Shown here: positions 38,673 to 51,232 of the stretch, piece by piece | Layout of the letters: each line of letters begins with the position of its first letter | Numbering within the stretch: the stretch's first letter is position 1 | Source: Paraphysomonas bandaiensis | Lineage: Eukaryota > Protista > Chrysophyceae | NCBI GenBank assembly: GCA_965644295.1 | Contig: CBFFRP010000451.1 | Span: forward strand, 1-64,000 | Length of the DNA stretch: 64,000 bases | Direction: 5' to 3' | The notes under the pieces: model-generated | What the model was told of the DNA's origin: nothing | The model's input: only the letters and a program-made list of their open reading frames with translations | The model's database searches: none | Translations under genes and position numbers: made by a program

Positions 38673-39122
38673 ACCGGCGCGTGTAATCTAGAGGTCTATT
38701 TGGGATGAGACTCCACTTGCTATATGACTACACATACATTGTGTGCAATTTGCCTCGGAGACTGCCATATGTACCTCACAGCAACCAGGGAAAACAGTAC
38801 TATACCCTGCTGAGATTGGCGATCTGGTGGCCTTCCTTTAGGCATTGTGCCAAGTGGCTCGGGGGTATGTGGATGAAGGTCTTGCAAAGGTTATGGCCTA
38901 CTGTGAAGAAGCGTCGAAATCGACTCTTAAGCTGTCCTAGCCAGCGGTAGAAAGCACATGCAAGAGAGTGTATAGCTGGACAGGAGTTGGATATGAAGGT
39001 CATCCGGTGTGTCCAGAAACAGGGAGTCGAGAGGGAGTGAGATGGTGCAAAAGAGGCAACATCTGATTGAGGAGTGTGGGACTGCGCAACAGAACTAGGT
39101 CTGTTAAGGTCGGGTACTCTGA

Positions 39123-39524
39123 TTTATTCAGTGCATATTTCTCGCGTCTTGTTTTATTAATTTTATTTTTATGTTTTTTTTAATAATCTTTTTGGTATTC
39201 CATTATGTTGCTCGTGGAATAATCTGATCTATTTTTATTACAGCAGTTTTTTATCCCGATGAATATAATAATCCTCGATTGCTGCTGCATCGTAATCACT
39301 TAACCCAGGTGCTAGTATTCTAATTTTAATCTCGCTTTTAAGATCATTACATTCTTGAAATAAATCGAAAACTGAGAAATAGGAGGATGAACCATATGAC
39401 TCTTCGTATTTTTTATAAGCTGATAGGTGAATGGAATGACGCTTCTTTACAGGTAGTATGTTTTCCCATAGTATGTTTTATCTGTGTTCTTTCCAGTAAT
39501 TTTGTATACAAAAATTTTTTTCAT
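39123..39524 (-). pseudogene. GIY-YIG endonuclease pseudogene of virus/virophage/Polinton-like-virus type
   Basis: Manual translation with one frameshift and one stop: MKKIFVYKITGKNTDKTYYGKT../VKKRHSIHLSAYKKY...AAAIEDYYIHRDKNCCNKNR...MEYQKDY*KKHKNKINKTRREKY. The C-terminal part is duplicated at 38346-38429 with an intact Trp codon. Confidence 0.72.
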
Positions 39525-39781
39525 ATTTTGTTTTTTATTATAGTCAAGAAAAAAATATCCGAGAAAAAATGATTTTATGATTTTGGTGTAAAATATCTTC
39601 TTCCTCTTATAATTGCAATTGTCTAACAATTTACGAAAATTCTAAGACCCCTCCCTTTGTTTTCATTGATAAAAAACCTAAATACACAAATTCTACCGCA
39701 GGGGAAATTGACTGTAGTTTAACATATTCCTTGCCAGACATTAGAAAATCTCATGGGGTGACGATATGGGATGCGGTAAGC

Positions 39782-39847
39782 TATATTAGGAATACTGGTG
39801 TTCTAGGAAAAATTAATTTGTCCTAGAACTCCAGTATTCCTAATATA
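39782..39847. repeat. 66-bp loopless palindrome
   Basis: TATATTAGGAATACTGGTGTTCTAGGAAAAATT followed directly by its reverse complement, with 2 mismatches. Confidence 0.92.
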
Positions 39848-39950
39848 TACTAATTGTTATATAGCTCTGTACATAGGATACTACATAAAACAAAAGAATG
39901 AGTAACCTTTCATCTGGTATCATCCACATACATATGCACAGTTGCTATCA

Positions 39951-41164
39951 CTATAACTTATTCGACAACACTGTTTTAAGACATCGTCTGATAGATTCCG
40001 GGTGCAGAAGTTCTGAAACGACCTTACGCATCAGGTCTACATCAGACAAGGAGCCAGAGTTTTCGTTAAAGTTGGCTCGTTGCTCTCCAACAGCATCCAA
40101 GAGATATTCTACATTTCTGGCATGGTCCAATGGACCCCCTTCTTTCTGCTCATCCTCCTCCTCAGAAGGACTTAGCCAACCTTGAGAGCACGTAACAGGA
40201 ATTCCTGTGCAACGGAGGGCGTCTCCCAGGGCCCCAAAGGCAAAACGAGTAATTGCTTCCCCTACTCTATCTACGCTGTCATCTTGAACGGGTAGCCACA
40301 CGTTCATAGATAGTGATATGTCACTCTCCTAGAACATATCTTTAGCATTTCTCAACAATACATGCAATGCTATACCGTTTGAACGAAGTGCCACCAGTGT
40401 TTCGGCAAGAGAAGCACATCTCCTGCTTGAAGAGTGACCCTCATATCAGGTGGGTGTCTGGCAAGGTGCTCGGGATTCAGGGGGTCAAAATTCGAAGGGT
40501 CAGCGTAGATACTACTTTCTTCGTAGGGTACACGACGTGGTCGAAATATATTCTCTGTATTCTCCGATGGCGACCATAAATACCAAGTTTTACTCCCCTC
40601 TAATTGCACAATTACATTCCTTCCGTAGGAATCAAAGTGAAGAGGAGTGTGACAGCCTTTACTCCCTGCCCAAAATGTCGTAGTATATGCAGGGGCTCCT
40701 GGAGCTCCAAGACGATTCCAGTCGATTACTTCAATAGACTCATTGGAACCTGGAGGGTTCAGAAGTATAGATGATCCATCACATACAAGTATAGAATCAC
40801 TATCAGTTCTAGAATCAGAGTCCTCATTACGGACTGTTAAGACACTATCAAATATACGATGCAAGTACTTATAATCCGCATAGAGAGCCACTGCATTGCT
40901 CTTATAGGGGGGTAACACACTCAGCGGGTTACTCTCATTGATGTTATTTGTATGTATCCATTCATTGAATTGTTTGAATGATGCAGTGAGAACATGCGAC
41001 TCATACTCGGCTACAGTCCGACACTCAGCCAGAGGGATCACCCGCCATGAGGTTACTGTAGTAGACAAACAACCAGAGAACAGAGATGAAAGGAATGTGT
41101 CTGAGGGAGGGAAAGAGGGTGGTTTGAGTATTGTTGGGTGTGAAGGAGGGCTCGACTCTTCCAT
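39951..41164 (-). CDS. JmjC (cupin-8) 2-oxoglutarate/Fe oxygenase, HSPBAP1-like
   Basis: FWAGSKGCHTPLHFDSYG (HxD), QLEGSKTW, PRRVPYEESS, GDVLLLPKHWWHFV. One intron at ~40329-40375. Confidence 0.85.
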
Positions 41165-41187
41165 GATGATTAATAACACACTCCTCA

Positions 41188-41714
41188 GTATGTATGTATG
41201 TATGTATGTATGTATGTATGTATGTATGTATGTATGTATGTATGTATGTATGTATGTATGTATGTATGTATGTATGTATGTATGTATGTATGTATGTATG
41301 TATGTATGTATGTATGTATGTATGTATGTAGGTATGTATGTATGTATGTATGTATGTATGTATGTATGTATGTATGTATGTATGTATGTATGTATGTATG
41401 TATGTACGTATGTATGTATGTATGTATGTATGTATGTATGTATGTATGTATGTATGTATGTATGTATGTATGTATGTATGTATGTATGTATGTATGTATG
41501 TATGTATGTATGTATGTATGTATGTATGTATGTATGTATGTATGTATGTATGTATGTATGTATGTATGTATGTATGTATGTATGTATGTATGTATGTATG
41601 TATGTATGTATGTTTGTATGTATGTATGTATGTATGTATGTATGTATGTATGTATGTATGTATGTATGTATGTATGTATGTATGTATGTATGTATGTATG
41701 TATGTATGTATGTA
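41188..41714. repeat. (TATG)n microsatellite, ~130 units
   Basis: Read directly; it abuts the JmjC start codon region. Confidence 0.98.
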
Positions 41715-43172
41715 CGGATTGCATATGTGAAACTTTATTGTTTTTTAGAGCACTCTGTGAAGAAAGTTTCATGTAAAAACTGGCACTTTCGTATACGAAA
41801 CCTTGCTGTAGATAGTATACTATACAGTGCATATGGGTAGAAGATGCGATAGTTGTGTCTCAGTATCTTCTGTAAGATCACACTGAGCACCAGATTCACA
41901 TACAGACACATCAATAAGCTGCTTGGAACCATCCCGCCCATACAAAGACATATTTTGCAATCATGAAACACATTTCAAATATGAAGAATCATGATAGTTC
42001 CCATGTCCTGATATACAGCAGGACACTCTGCACAGACTCGCCTATAGCTACGCATGTTAGCATTGCAATGAGGTCAAACCAGTACAGCATTCTTCAGGTA
42101 GCGTCATTCAGTAATAGAACACTGCTTTACAAGGCCATCATGATACTATCTATAATAGAAGTAGCGGTATACGACATGCATTATAGCCATCAACTCACTT
42201 GCGAGTAAGCAGAGGTGAACCATTCATCATCTGCATGATAACTCTATAAGTGGTACATGATCTGTGTATTTAGTCTTCATATCGTTACGTACTTGTCTTT
42301 TAATTCATCTATTTTTCTGTCAAGACTTTACTGGCGTCTCTCTTTGCTTTCAATTGACTTCACTATTACAATTTATATTTGGATTGTGTTCATATTTCTG
42401 TTGCAAGTCCCCTTTTTACGGCTACCTGATAATAGTGCAATCTTTTTTCTGTTGTATAATTCTGAGCTCGTATGTTGAATGAATTATACAGAGTAAAAGT
42501 TGAATTCTGCTATTAATATATGATATATCTTTTCCCATTGCATTACTTACTGAAGAGAATCCAACTCATAGGGTGAATTACAAAGAAAGTGAACTCAGTT
42601 AAGACCAGAAAGAGAAGGTGTTAGTTGAGATGAAAGAGGACATGCCAGACAACGATACTTCCTCATTTTAATTCATGCTGTTTCATGGTTGCTGGTGGAT
42701 TAATAGTGTCCTCGTCAAACAATTACACATATTATTGTTTGTACCTATTGAATTAACAATCTCGTCTGCCAACATAGCGGATCTGTTATCACAACATCCT
42801 CCGGCATGTGGTCTTCACTGGTTTTATTAGTTTTACTTTATACACCATGTAGTATACACCATGGTAGCACTTTGTAGTACACACATCATTTGATGCATCA
42901 ATAGCGCGCGACACTATCAGCTGAATTCAATTTTTTCAAACATTACTCAGCCATCACCCCAACATCCAGTTGTGGACGACTGAGTACTACATATGCTCCA
43001 ATTGAAAATATTAATAGGCACTGCAGACTCTGTTATCGACCAATTATTTCTCAGAATACGTGAACTACGAATAAAATAATAGAGGGAATATACAAACAAG
43101 CTATTATTACTATGCTTGTTGTGCACATCTCAATATACATATTCAAATATACTATTCGCAACTCTATGGAAG

Positions 43173-46100
43173 CTACGAGCGACATACATCTATTTCATTC
43201 TCAATATCCTTTAGATCTAGTATCTTCCAATGCTTGCCAGTATCTTCAGGACCTTTCGCATCTTTCGGAAATGGACACGCTCTCCCATTTCGCACACACG
43301 CTATACATGATTCGCTGTAATCAATCTTTACACACCGCTCCAGATTTCTGATCAAGCACTGGCTCTCGCAGCAGTAGCGACCGAAGTTAAATGGACACGA
43401 AGGACGGTGGTACATATTTCCATGGGCAAGGATGGGGGATCGTGGAGCCGCACATATGTAACAAAACTCCATTCCACATCCCCCTAAGCTCTTCTCGCAC
43501 GTCACATGCTGGCACATCAATGGTACACCGTAGCCAAGATCGCACTCTGGACAATGTTGAATATTCTGCTTCACATCTGCCACTCTACTTTTCAATCCCA
43601 GCCACCCCAGTATCCACCAGTTATTGCCACCGTTTTCACCAACAGTCACCGGTACGGAGCGCATCATATCAAGCGTTCGCTCCACATATGCATCCTCACA
43701 TGTAATGCCATCGTGTGATTCCGCCCTGCACTTCGAGGAAGTTAACGAACAACAATATACATATAGTAAGGAACTATACCTTGCTACAGTATGCCCCTCC
43801 ACATGACTTATCCAAACAACGCAAAACACTAGATTCGCTATTACCCACCGAAATTTCGTAGACAGCACCGCACCTACAAGTTAAAACTGAACCCGAAGAC
43901 TTTCTCACAATGGCTTCTATCGAAACTGAGGTGTATAACTGAACCCACTTCCTGGTAAGGGATTCAAAACTGCCTCCAGGAAGAGGGGGATACATATCAC
44001 ACTCGTAAGACTCGTCATAGAGAGCGGCAGCTGCTCGCATGTCGAATTCATTAATGACATGCTCCCCAGTTGGAGTTAAATCCATCCGGTTCACACACAC
44101 AGGACAATCGCACCTATTGCCACTCACTTTACATGCGTAGCATACAACTTGCGTTTTATCTTGCAAGCAGTCCCCGATTTTGGATCCCACATAATAAGCA
44201 AAACATGCGGGATGATAGAAATGTGTACATCCCAAACAAACTAATTCTGACAAAGCTAGAGGGGTAGCGCTGCAACATAACACTGTCTGTAGGCAACACG
44301 AGCGGTAACACCGCTTGGAGTCAAGACAACCAAGGGCAGAATTGTATGCCTCATTGAACTCTGGTAGGAAACACAGATCGCATTCCATAAGGTGACACGT
44401 GCACCCCATCACTGGGCATGGAATCTCACATAGACGAGGAAGTATCTCAGTATCACTATCACCATCGTCTGAGCACTTCACTGTACACACATCGAATATG
44501 TGGGTCAGTAGTTCTCGAGGGTCTTCAGTGAGGCTCCCATCCCAGTTCTCGTATTCCTCACGAAATTTTCCTGCCAACACGAGCGCGTTACACACTACAG
44601 AGTAATAAAAGTGTTGGCTATAACTTACGTTCCATAGAAAAGGCAACGAGGTGTTGCACCAAGCACTTTGCGCTAACGTAATGCCCACATGCGCTCAGGC
44701 GGTGAATGATTCCATCCTTCTTAGAGGAACACGCACCCATACATTGCCCTTCACAAGTCACCCCATCTGCTGATGACTCGCATAGCTTAATATGGATTGC
44801 ATCTGCAGGCTGTTTCGATAAATACCACGACAAAATATCACCTATATTTTGTACAAGAGTAGGATTCTCGGACTGAAGAGGCACATACAACTGCAGCTGC
44901 AGTGTAGAAGGTAGTTGCATCTCACGTTTAACAGCAGTCTCAAAGGATTCAAGGCTCCGGAATTCAGCCAGAGGAATTGATACAGTTTGACTCGACTTCG
45001 AGTCACCTACAACTATAACACGCATCGAAACACACAATTCACAACTGATAACGTCATCGCCAATACTAACTAGGTCAGGAATAACAACGTTATATATACC
45101 ACCATCAATTTGTAGCGCCTCAGTTAGGGCATGAGAAAGCATTGCGTATTTTGTCGATTCGTTATTATCACAATATAAAGAGAATCGCCACCAGTCCACG
45201 CATGCTGTGACGTCCACTGCAGCAATCTCCACATCACTAGTGTCAGCAATCCGTGTGATGCCAAGACCAAATCGAAGACTTGAGTAAGGGTGCTCTTGCT
45301 TCTCAGCCTCGATATAACGCAATCCTCGAATTCTAAATCTAGTAACACTTGTGCCTTCGATATGCAGGAAAGAGTCTATATCCTTCCTCCAGTCAGAACT
45401 GTTACATATGCCTCTCAAGGGAATTAACTGTCCTGCACGCCGTGCGTCAACAGCGAAGGCAAGTGAAGCCTCCTGTTCATCCAAAAGTTTACCCACTTCA
45501 ACTGATAAGGACTTCACCTTAAACAGTTCAGGGGGAGGATCACGAAGAAATAGTTCTAACACCCCACTGTAACCTGACCCGGGAGAATGTGTCTCGGCAA
45601 CATCATACTCATCTTTTATTAATACATACTCCTCATCATCAGAGTGAGAGGCACCATCAAGCGAAGGTGCAGCAGAAGCGTTAATAACTACCACGCCTCC
45701 TGACATTTGTAACATCGGAAGCATGCACACCACACTCACCAAGCGTCGAGAATCCACAGACTCAAGTGTCAAAACGTAATTGTCTGAAAGGGCACTTGAG
45801 GAATCACACACTAAGGTTTTCTCTACACCCGACACACTAGAATAGTCCATGTTTTCGGGTTCGGAACGGCGTAACGGTAAATTATGGTCGATGGAATACA
45901 AGAGATCGTAGTGACCAGGCCGGTAGAGTAGATGAATGGTTGCAAGGGGATCACCACATAAACCACTGCACTCCGGTGATCGAGAGACAACTGAGAGGTT
46001 CACACTACTCCTATTATAGCACTATAATTATACCAGGCAAACACCACATTTGCTAAAAAGTACCTCCGGTCCAAAATTGTCATCTTGCAATTACAAAGAA

Positions 46101-47820
46101 GTAGTGTGAAGAGCACTCCCAGGTCTACCAATGGTCCCTCGGCATCCACTCCCATCCGTAATACCCACTCGTCACAGTACATTTGCATCGTGCTTATGCC
46201 CGGATAAGATGGAAGGATGGAATCGACCAATGATATACCATTGAGGTCGTCATGCTGATGACAAAGTAAGTAGTCCGCCACAGCCCACCTAAGAGCCCTA
46301 ATAAGGCTCTGGTCGATACGAGTATACGAGTTTACAACGTCGGCCTCAAACTCCTGCGGAGTGACCCATCCCAAGCCGTCTGCACAAAGTCAAAAGAGAA
46401 CGGATATATTTACAGTGTATATAACCTCGAGCACGCTTCACAGCGCATAGCAAGCGTTTGTGTCCATCTATCTCATGACTGTATTGATAACTTCGTCCAA
46501 CATCCACCAGCACCTGCAAAAGATGATCAAGACCCTTCCTTCTGGCGATCGGGTCAGCACACAGTAAACTCTCAATGAACCCGAACCCAACCGCCCGGTA
46601 ATAGCAGTTACCATCCCCGCGCACTCCCCGCCAACCACGATAGTGCAATCCGAGTGTCTCGACCTTATCCCTGAGTGAGTCATTAAATGTGTCCGCGTGA
46701 ACTAGAAGCGGGAGTCGACAAGACGGTCCCACATTGTCTCGACTCCGACGCACCGATAGGGTCCAGCCTTCCTTTATGTCGGCAGCATTAAATAGCACAT
46801 TCCCATATTTCTGTGAAAGCAAACTACAGTGCCATCGCAATAAATCTGTGTCATCTGAATCACACTCTTCCACACGGTATATAAGGTAGTCCTCCACATC
46901 GCCAAGCACACCAGCAGCAGATATTATAGCCCTACGTACCATGCGTAGGTCCCAACCTTTCTTTAACTGCACACCCGCTACACTCCCTACTACTCCATTC
47001 GAAACTGGTAGTGCTAATACACTTCCTTCCATGTCGCAGGATGACGACATGTCCTGGAACACCAAGTTATCTGTGTCCACGACGTGCACCATTATATCTT
47101 CCTGCAATGTACTTCCTCTCTCCCCAACTTCTGGAAAAAGTTGAGCCTCTACTCGACCAACGTCCGTGTCCCCTCCACATATGAAGCACAAGGAGTAATC
47201 ATCTACAAGACTCTCCAATGCGACTTTATTTTTTTCCTCAGGAGTAGTTGCCTGTTGCCACCGTTTGAAGGATGCCAAGCAACGAGACCGCAAACAAGAT
47301 ACAGCTGGAAAAGCTGCTAACATATACTCGACAATTTCAGCAATTTGCAAAATATCAGGTTCACGTCGAGAGTCGTTCCATGGTATAATGTGTTTCCAAC
47401 AAAAATAATGGCCTTTATCGCAAACAAAGAAACAGTGTTTGGGTTGAACCACACCACACTTACATAACAGCTGTGTGGATCCATCGGCAGTCCGAACATC
47501 AAATTCTTTAACAGGTCGAATTTCAACATGTAACTCTGGTTGATTTATTTTTGCACAAACAAGATAACTTTGATCGATATTGTGAGAGTAAGCAAGTTGT
47601 ATTTCTCGTTGATTAGGCTGTGAGTTAATGGGCTCATCGAGCACTATGTTATAATACATATCAACACTCACAACACATCCGCCGCTATTAGAACCGTTAC
47701 GGGTGAATCTTACGAATACTCTGATGTGTTGATTGTATTTATTAAGGGTGTGTGTGGCTTATATATGGTGATATCTTACCTGCTACCAGGGCTCATGTAC
47801 AGGGGCTCATATACACTCAT
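43173..47820 (-). CDS. Otubain-type (peptidase C65) deubiquitinase fused to a C-terminal RING-IBR-RING (RBR) E3 ligase, ~1470 aa, 6 exons
   Basis: OTU motifs WRGVRGDGNCYYRA and IHLLYRPGHYDLLY. RING1 CLGCTHFYHPAC..CYAC, IBR CRC..C..SCGGAYCSKC...HDGITC, RING2 CPEC...CQHVTC..GCGMEFCYIC. All five GT-AG junctions join the ORF pieces in frame. Confidence 0.82.
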
Positions 47821-48438
47821 TTCTCTATAGATTTCAATGGAATTCACACACGACAGATATCTGATAGATGCAGATGCTACTCACAGTTTACAGCTTGTGT
47901 TATATACATGATAATGCTCTCTGTCATGACTGTTAATATGAATGCTATCCTATGAAAAACACTGTACACCTCTCTGCATATACACCCATCCATACATACC
48001 GTACCTGTGCACACATACATACATAGAAGAAGTACACTTCACAGGACATGAAGTGAGACTGAATAACATACCTGGAAATTTCCATAGGTTACTACTGTAT
48101 ACCTCCATGTATTCTAGAGTATACTGGACGTATTCAATATATTCTAATTGATCAACGTCATAGAAATACATATTCATACCGAGTGTATTCTTGACTTCTA
48201 TCCCTATATAAATATACGTATATTCATATACTGCTGCTGGTCATGTTACTGTATATTGATATTGAAATTGACTTCGTCACTTCGTCTTCGACTTCATGAT
48301 CTATATCACATACACTCTCCTCCTTAATTAACACCAACAGTGTCCCTTCAACCTGCATATATATCCCAGTCAATAGAAGTAAACATACATACATACACAG
48401 TACAGCAGTACTCATAAGTGCGTGTAATCTCCATATAT

Positions 48439-50115
48439 ATGGCGACTATAATTAACGATCATTGTCATGATATCACACGCGTCATAGAAGTTTTTGAGAA
48501 TGAAAGATATCAACTTTCGGCTATGGATTGGAGCTCACAGGGTTTGCTACCAACAGACAGGTTACAGTCGTCAATATATGCCTCTATGTGTGATTATATA
48601 TACAATCAACAGAAAGGCTATTAGTACACGAGATGGACGTGCTGGATGGGTTACATTCGATCAAGCAGGAGGTAATTCATTCACTGTAACCTTTCATTGT
48701 CTCAGTATACAATCAGAGGCTCTCATATCTCGAGGATGGAGCTGGGCGGAGAACACGTGGACTATAGACTGTCATTTCCCTGGAAGCGACTCTGATGGGT
48801 GGTCATATGCCAGTAATTTCGGTAGTATTGACCAGAATGGGACTGCGATAAAGGGCATGTCACATTTTGTTAGACGTAGACGGCGTACGAGGAAACAGAT
48901 CTTTGTGGCTAATAATGAGGTTTCAGGGACATGCGACCACTGTGACTCTATGCACGTTGATCTGTTGTCTGACAAGCTTCTAGAGGCTCTCACACAGACT
49001 TCTCTGCACGAATATCCGGGGGAATCTCCCCCTGCCCCTGCCACGAATAGACTTAAGGACCTCCTCATGGAAACATTAGGATTGGCCTCTATTAGTGAGC
49101 GTTTTGACATGAAGCATGTTCACCACGTCTTAGACAAGTTTTTGACGTTAGTGCTAAATAAGAAGAGTGCTTGGAGCAAAGCAGCTTCCATATTCGGGGG
49201 AGAATACTCTCCGGAACAACTCCCGCAGAGAGCCAAAGAGCTGGATCGCGATGCTTTTACCTCAGAGGAACGGCGAGAGATTGCGAAGTTGCTGATTCGA
49301 AAGTATGACACGGATAATGAATATCACTGCGAAGAATCCCGGTGTGGGTCGAGTTGCGTTTTCGCGCCGTACTATTGTAACAACGATGGCTGTACGGCCG
49401 TATTCTCTATGAAGTGGCGGGATCAGCATGATGGTATTTGTCCCTTTAAAGTGGTGGACTGTACAAGGGAATGTGGGGAACGGGTTGCACGCCGAGATAT
49501 GAACCGGCATCTCGAAGAATCTTGCAACAAGAGACCTGCGCATTGCCCTTTCTCCTCCCTTGGCTGTTCCGCTGCAGGTGGTGCTGCAGGAAGCTATATT
49601 AAATTGTTGCTCAAATTTTATCACAGAGATGACTCACAGAGACCTCCCCGAACATTTGGAGGAGGCTACTCAGGGCCATTTGTTGTTGGTTACTCGTCGC
49701 ATGACGGAACAGCAACAGGTGATAGTTAAAATGCACAAAAAGGTACGTCAATACTTGTTTCATTGCATCTGCACTTACATAGTATTAGATAAACGAGCTT
49801 GAGAGTAGGGCTTCCGAACATGCTGGAAGTATTACGACACTGCAGGCCGGTGCCGCTGCTGTCATGGCGTCACTTCGGACACTTGAGAGGTCTGAAGGGG
49901 AACGGGAATCGAGTGTGAAGAGTTTGGAGTCCATGGAGCGAAAACTGGACAAGGAGCTCGCAAACATGAAGAACACAGTGAAAACTCTAGAGCGAGATGT
50001 GGACAGACAAACTGCTAGGATTGGCTCTGTTGAAACTTCCCTAACCGGACTACAGAGTTGTATGCAGGGACAGAAGAATGGCGATCCGGTGCGACGTCAA
50101 TCTTCCACGACGTAG
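48439..50115 (+). CDS. DysF (dysferlin/Pex24-type) domain, TRAF-type zinc fingers and a coiled coil (multi-exon)
   Basis: IEVFENERY...W...LLPTDR, WSWAENTWTID...DGWSYASNF...VRRRRRTR. Zinc fingers CNNDGC...HDGICPFKVVDCTREC...HLEESC...CPFSSLGC...HL. Confidence 0.8.
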
Positions 50116-51232
50116 GGATATTTAACTTGAAGAGAACAGGCAGTTCGAGTAGTCGCTAGTATTTTAGGCGTTCATACGGCACATTGTTGTTGAGTACTAA
50201 ACAAAAAGACGGTGTATATTTTATAAATATTGTATTGGCCACAGTTGCTGAAGATAATACGCATAATGAACCGATCACGTATCACGTCGTATCACGTAGC
50301 AGTTGCGTATTTTATTGCTTATCTCCAGGCTGAAAATGTGAATGATTTTCTCTTAAGGCCACTACTTCCGTTTCACTACTATAATTACTATCATGATATA
50401 TATTATTATTTCTCATAGACACAATCAAAACGTTACGAAAAATATAGAAAGTCTAGAGTAATATATAGTTATATTATTTCAATATATGTATATTTTTAAT
50501 TCGACCTGTATATTTTTGTAATATATAATATATACTGCAAAAATATACTGCTATATACAGAGTAATATGCCCCTGGCCCCTGATGGGTTCCCCTTAGCAA
50601 TAGACTCTATGTTCTAGCTATAACGATCATATAATACTTGATAGTGCACTTATTGCAGTCGGCTATCAGACACAATGGTTTTGCGAATCGCTTGATAATA
50701 ATAAACGCTTCATTACAGCAGTATGATTTTTAGCCCCAACCATTGATTATAGTAGTCAAGTCACTTACTCTAGTAGCTAGTGCTTCTCAGGTGCAGCTCA
50801 TGAATGCTTTAAATTGCATTATAGCATATAGATATATACCACATGTAAGGGTGGCCCCTCTCAATATTATTATTATTATTATTATTATTTCGACAGCATA
50901 TATAAACACACGCAGGTTCCGCAAGGTCCACCTAATTTAGTCCCCTTGCTTCCTGGAGCACAAAATTCTTCAGAAGCGTGTAAACCCCAAAGACTAACCC
51001 AATACTATTCAAGAATATTATTTCAAAGTTGGCAACTACATTTAGTCGCTACCAATATATATCACCACTAGTGTGTGTAAGCAACAATAATGGATGAGCG
51101 GACAGTAATGCCTGATTAGTATAATATAGATATATAGATATTTAACGCACGTAAGAGTTATAACTTGGGTAGACCCTTTCATTATTATTATTTCGGCAGC
51201 ACAATATATAAACACACGCAGGTTCGCAAGGA

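Noticed and set aside
40938-41840. ORFs of MYVC/YIHT repeats (also 53559-54203 and 33761-33973)
   Set aside because: These are stop-free translations of (TATG)n microsatellites.
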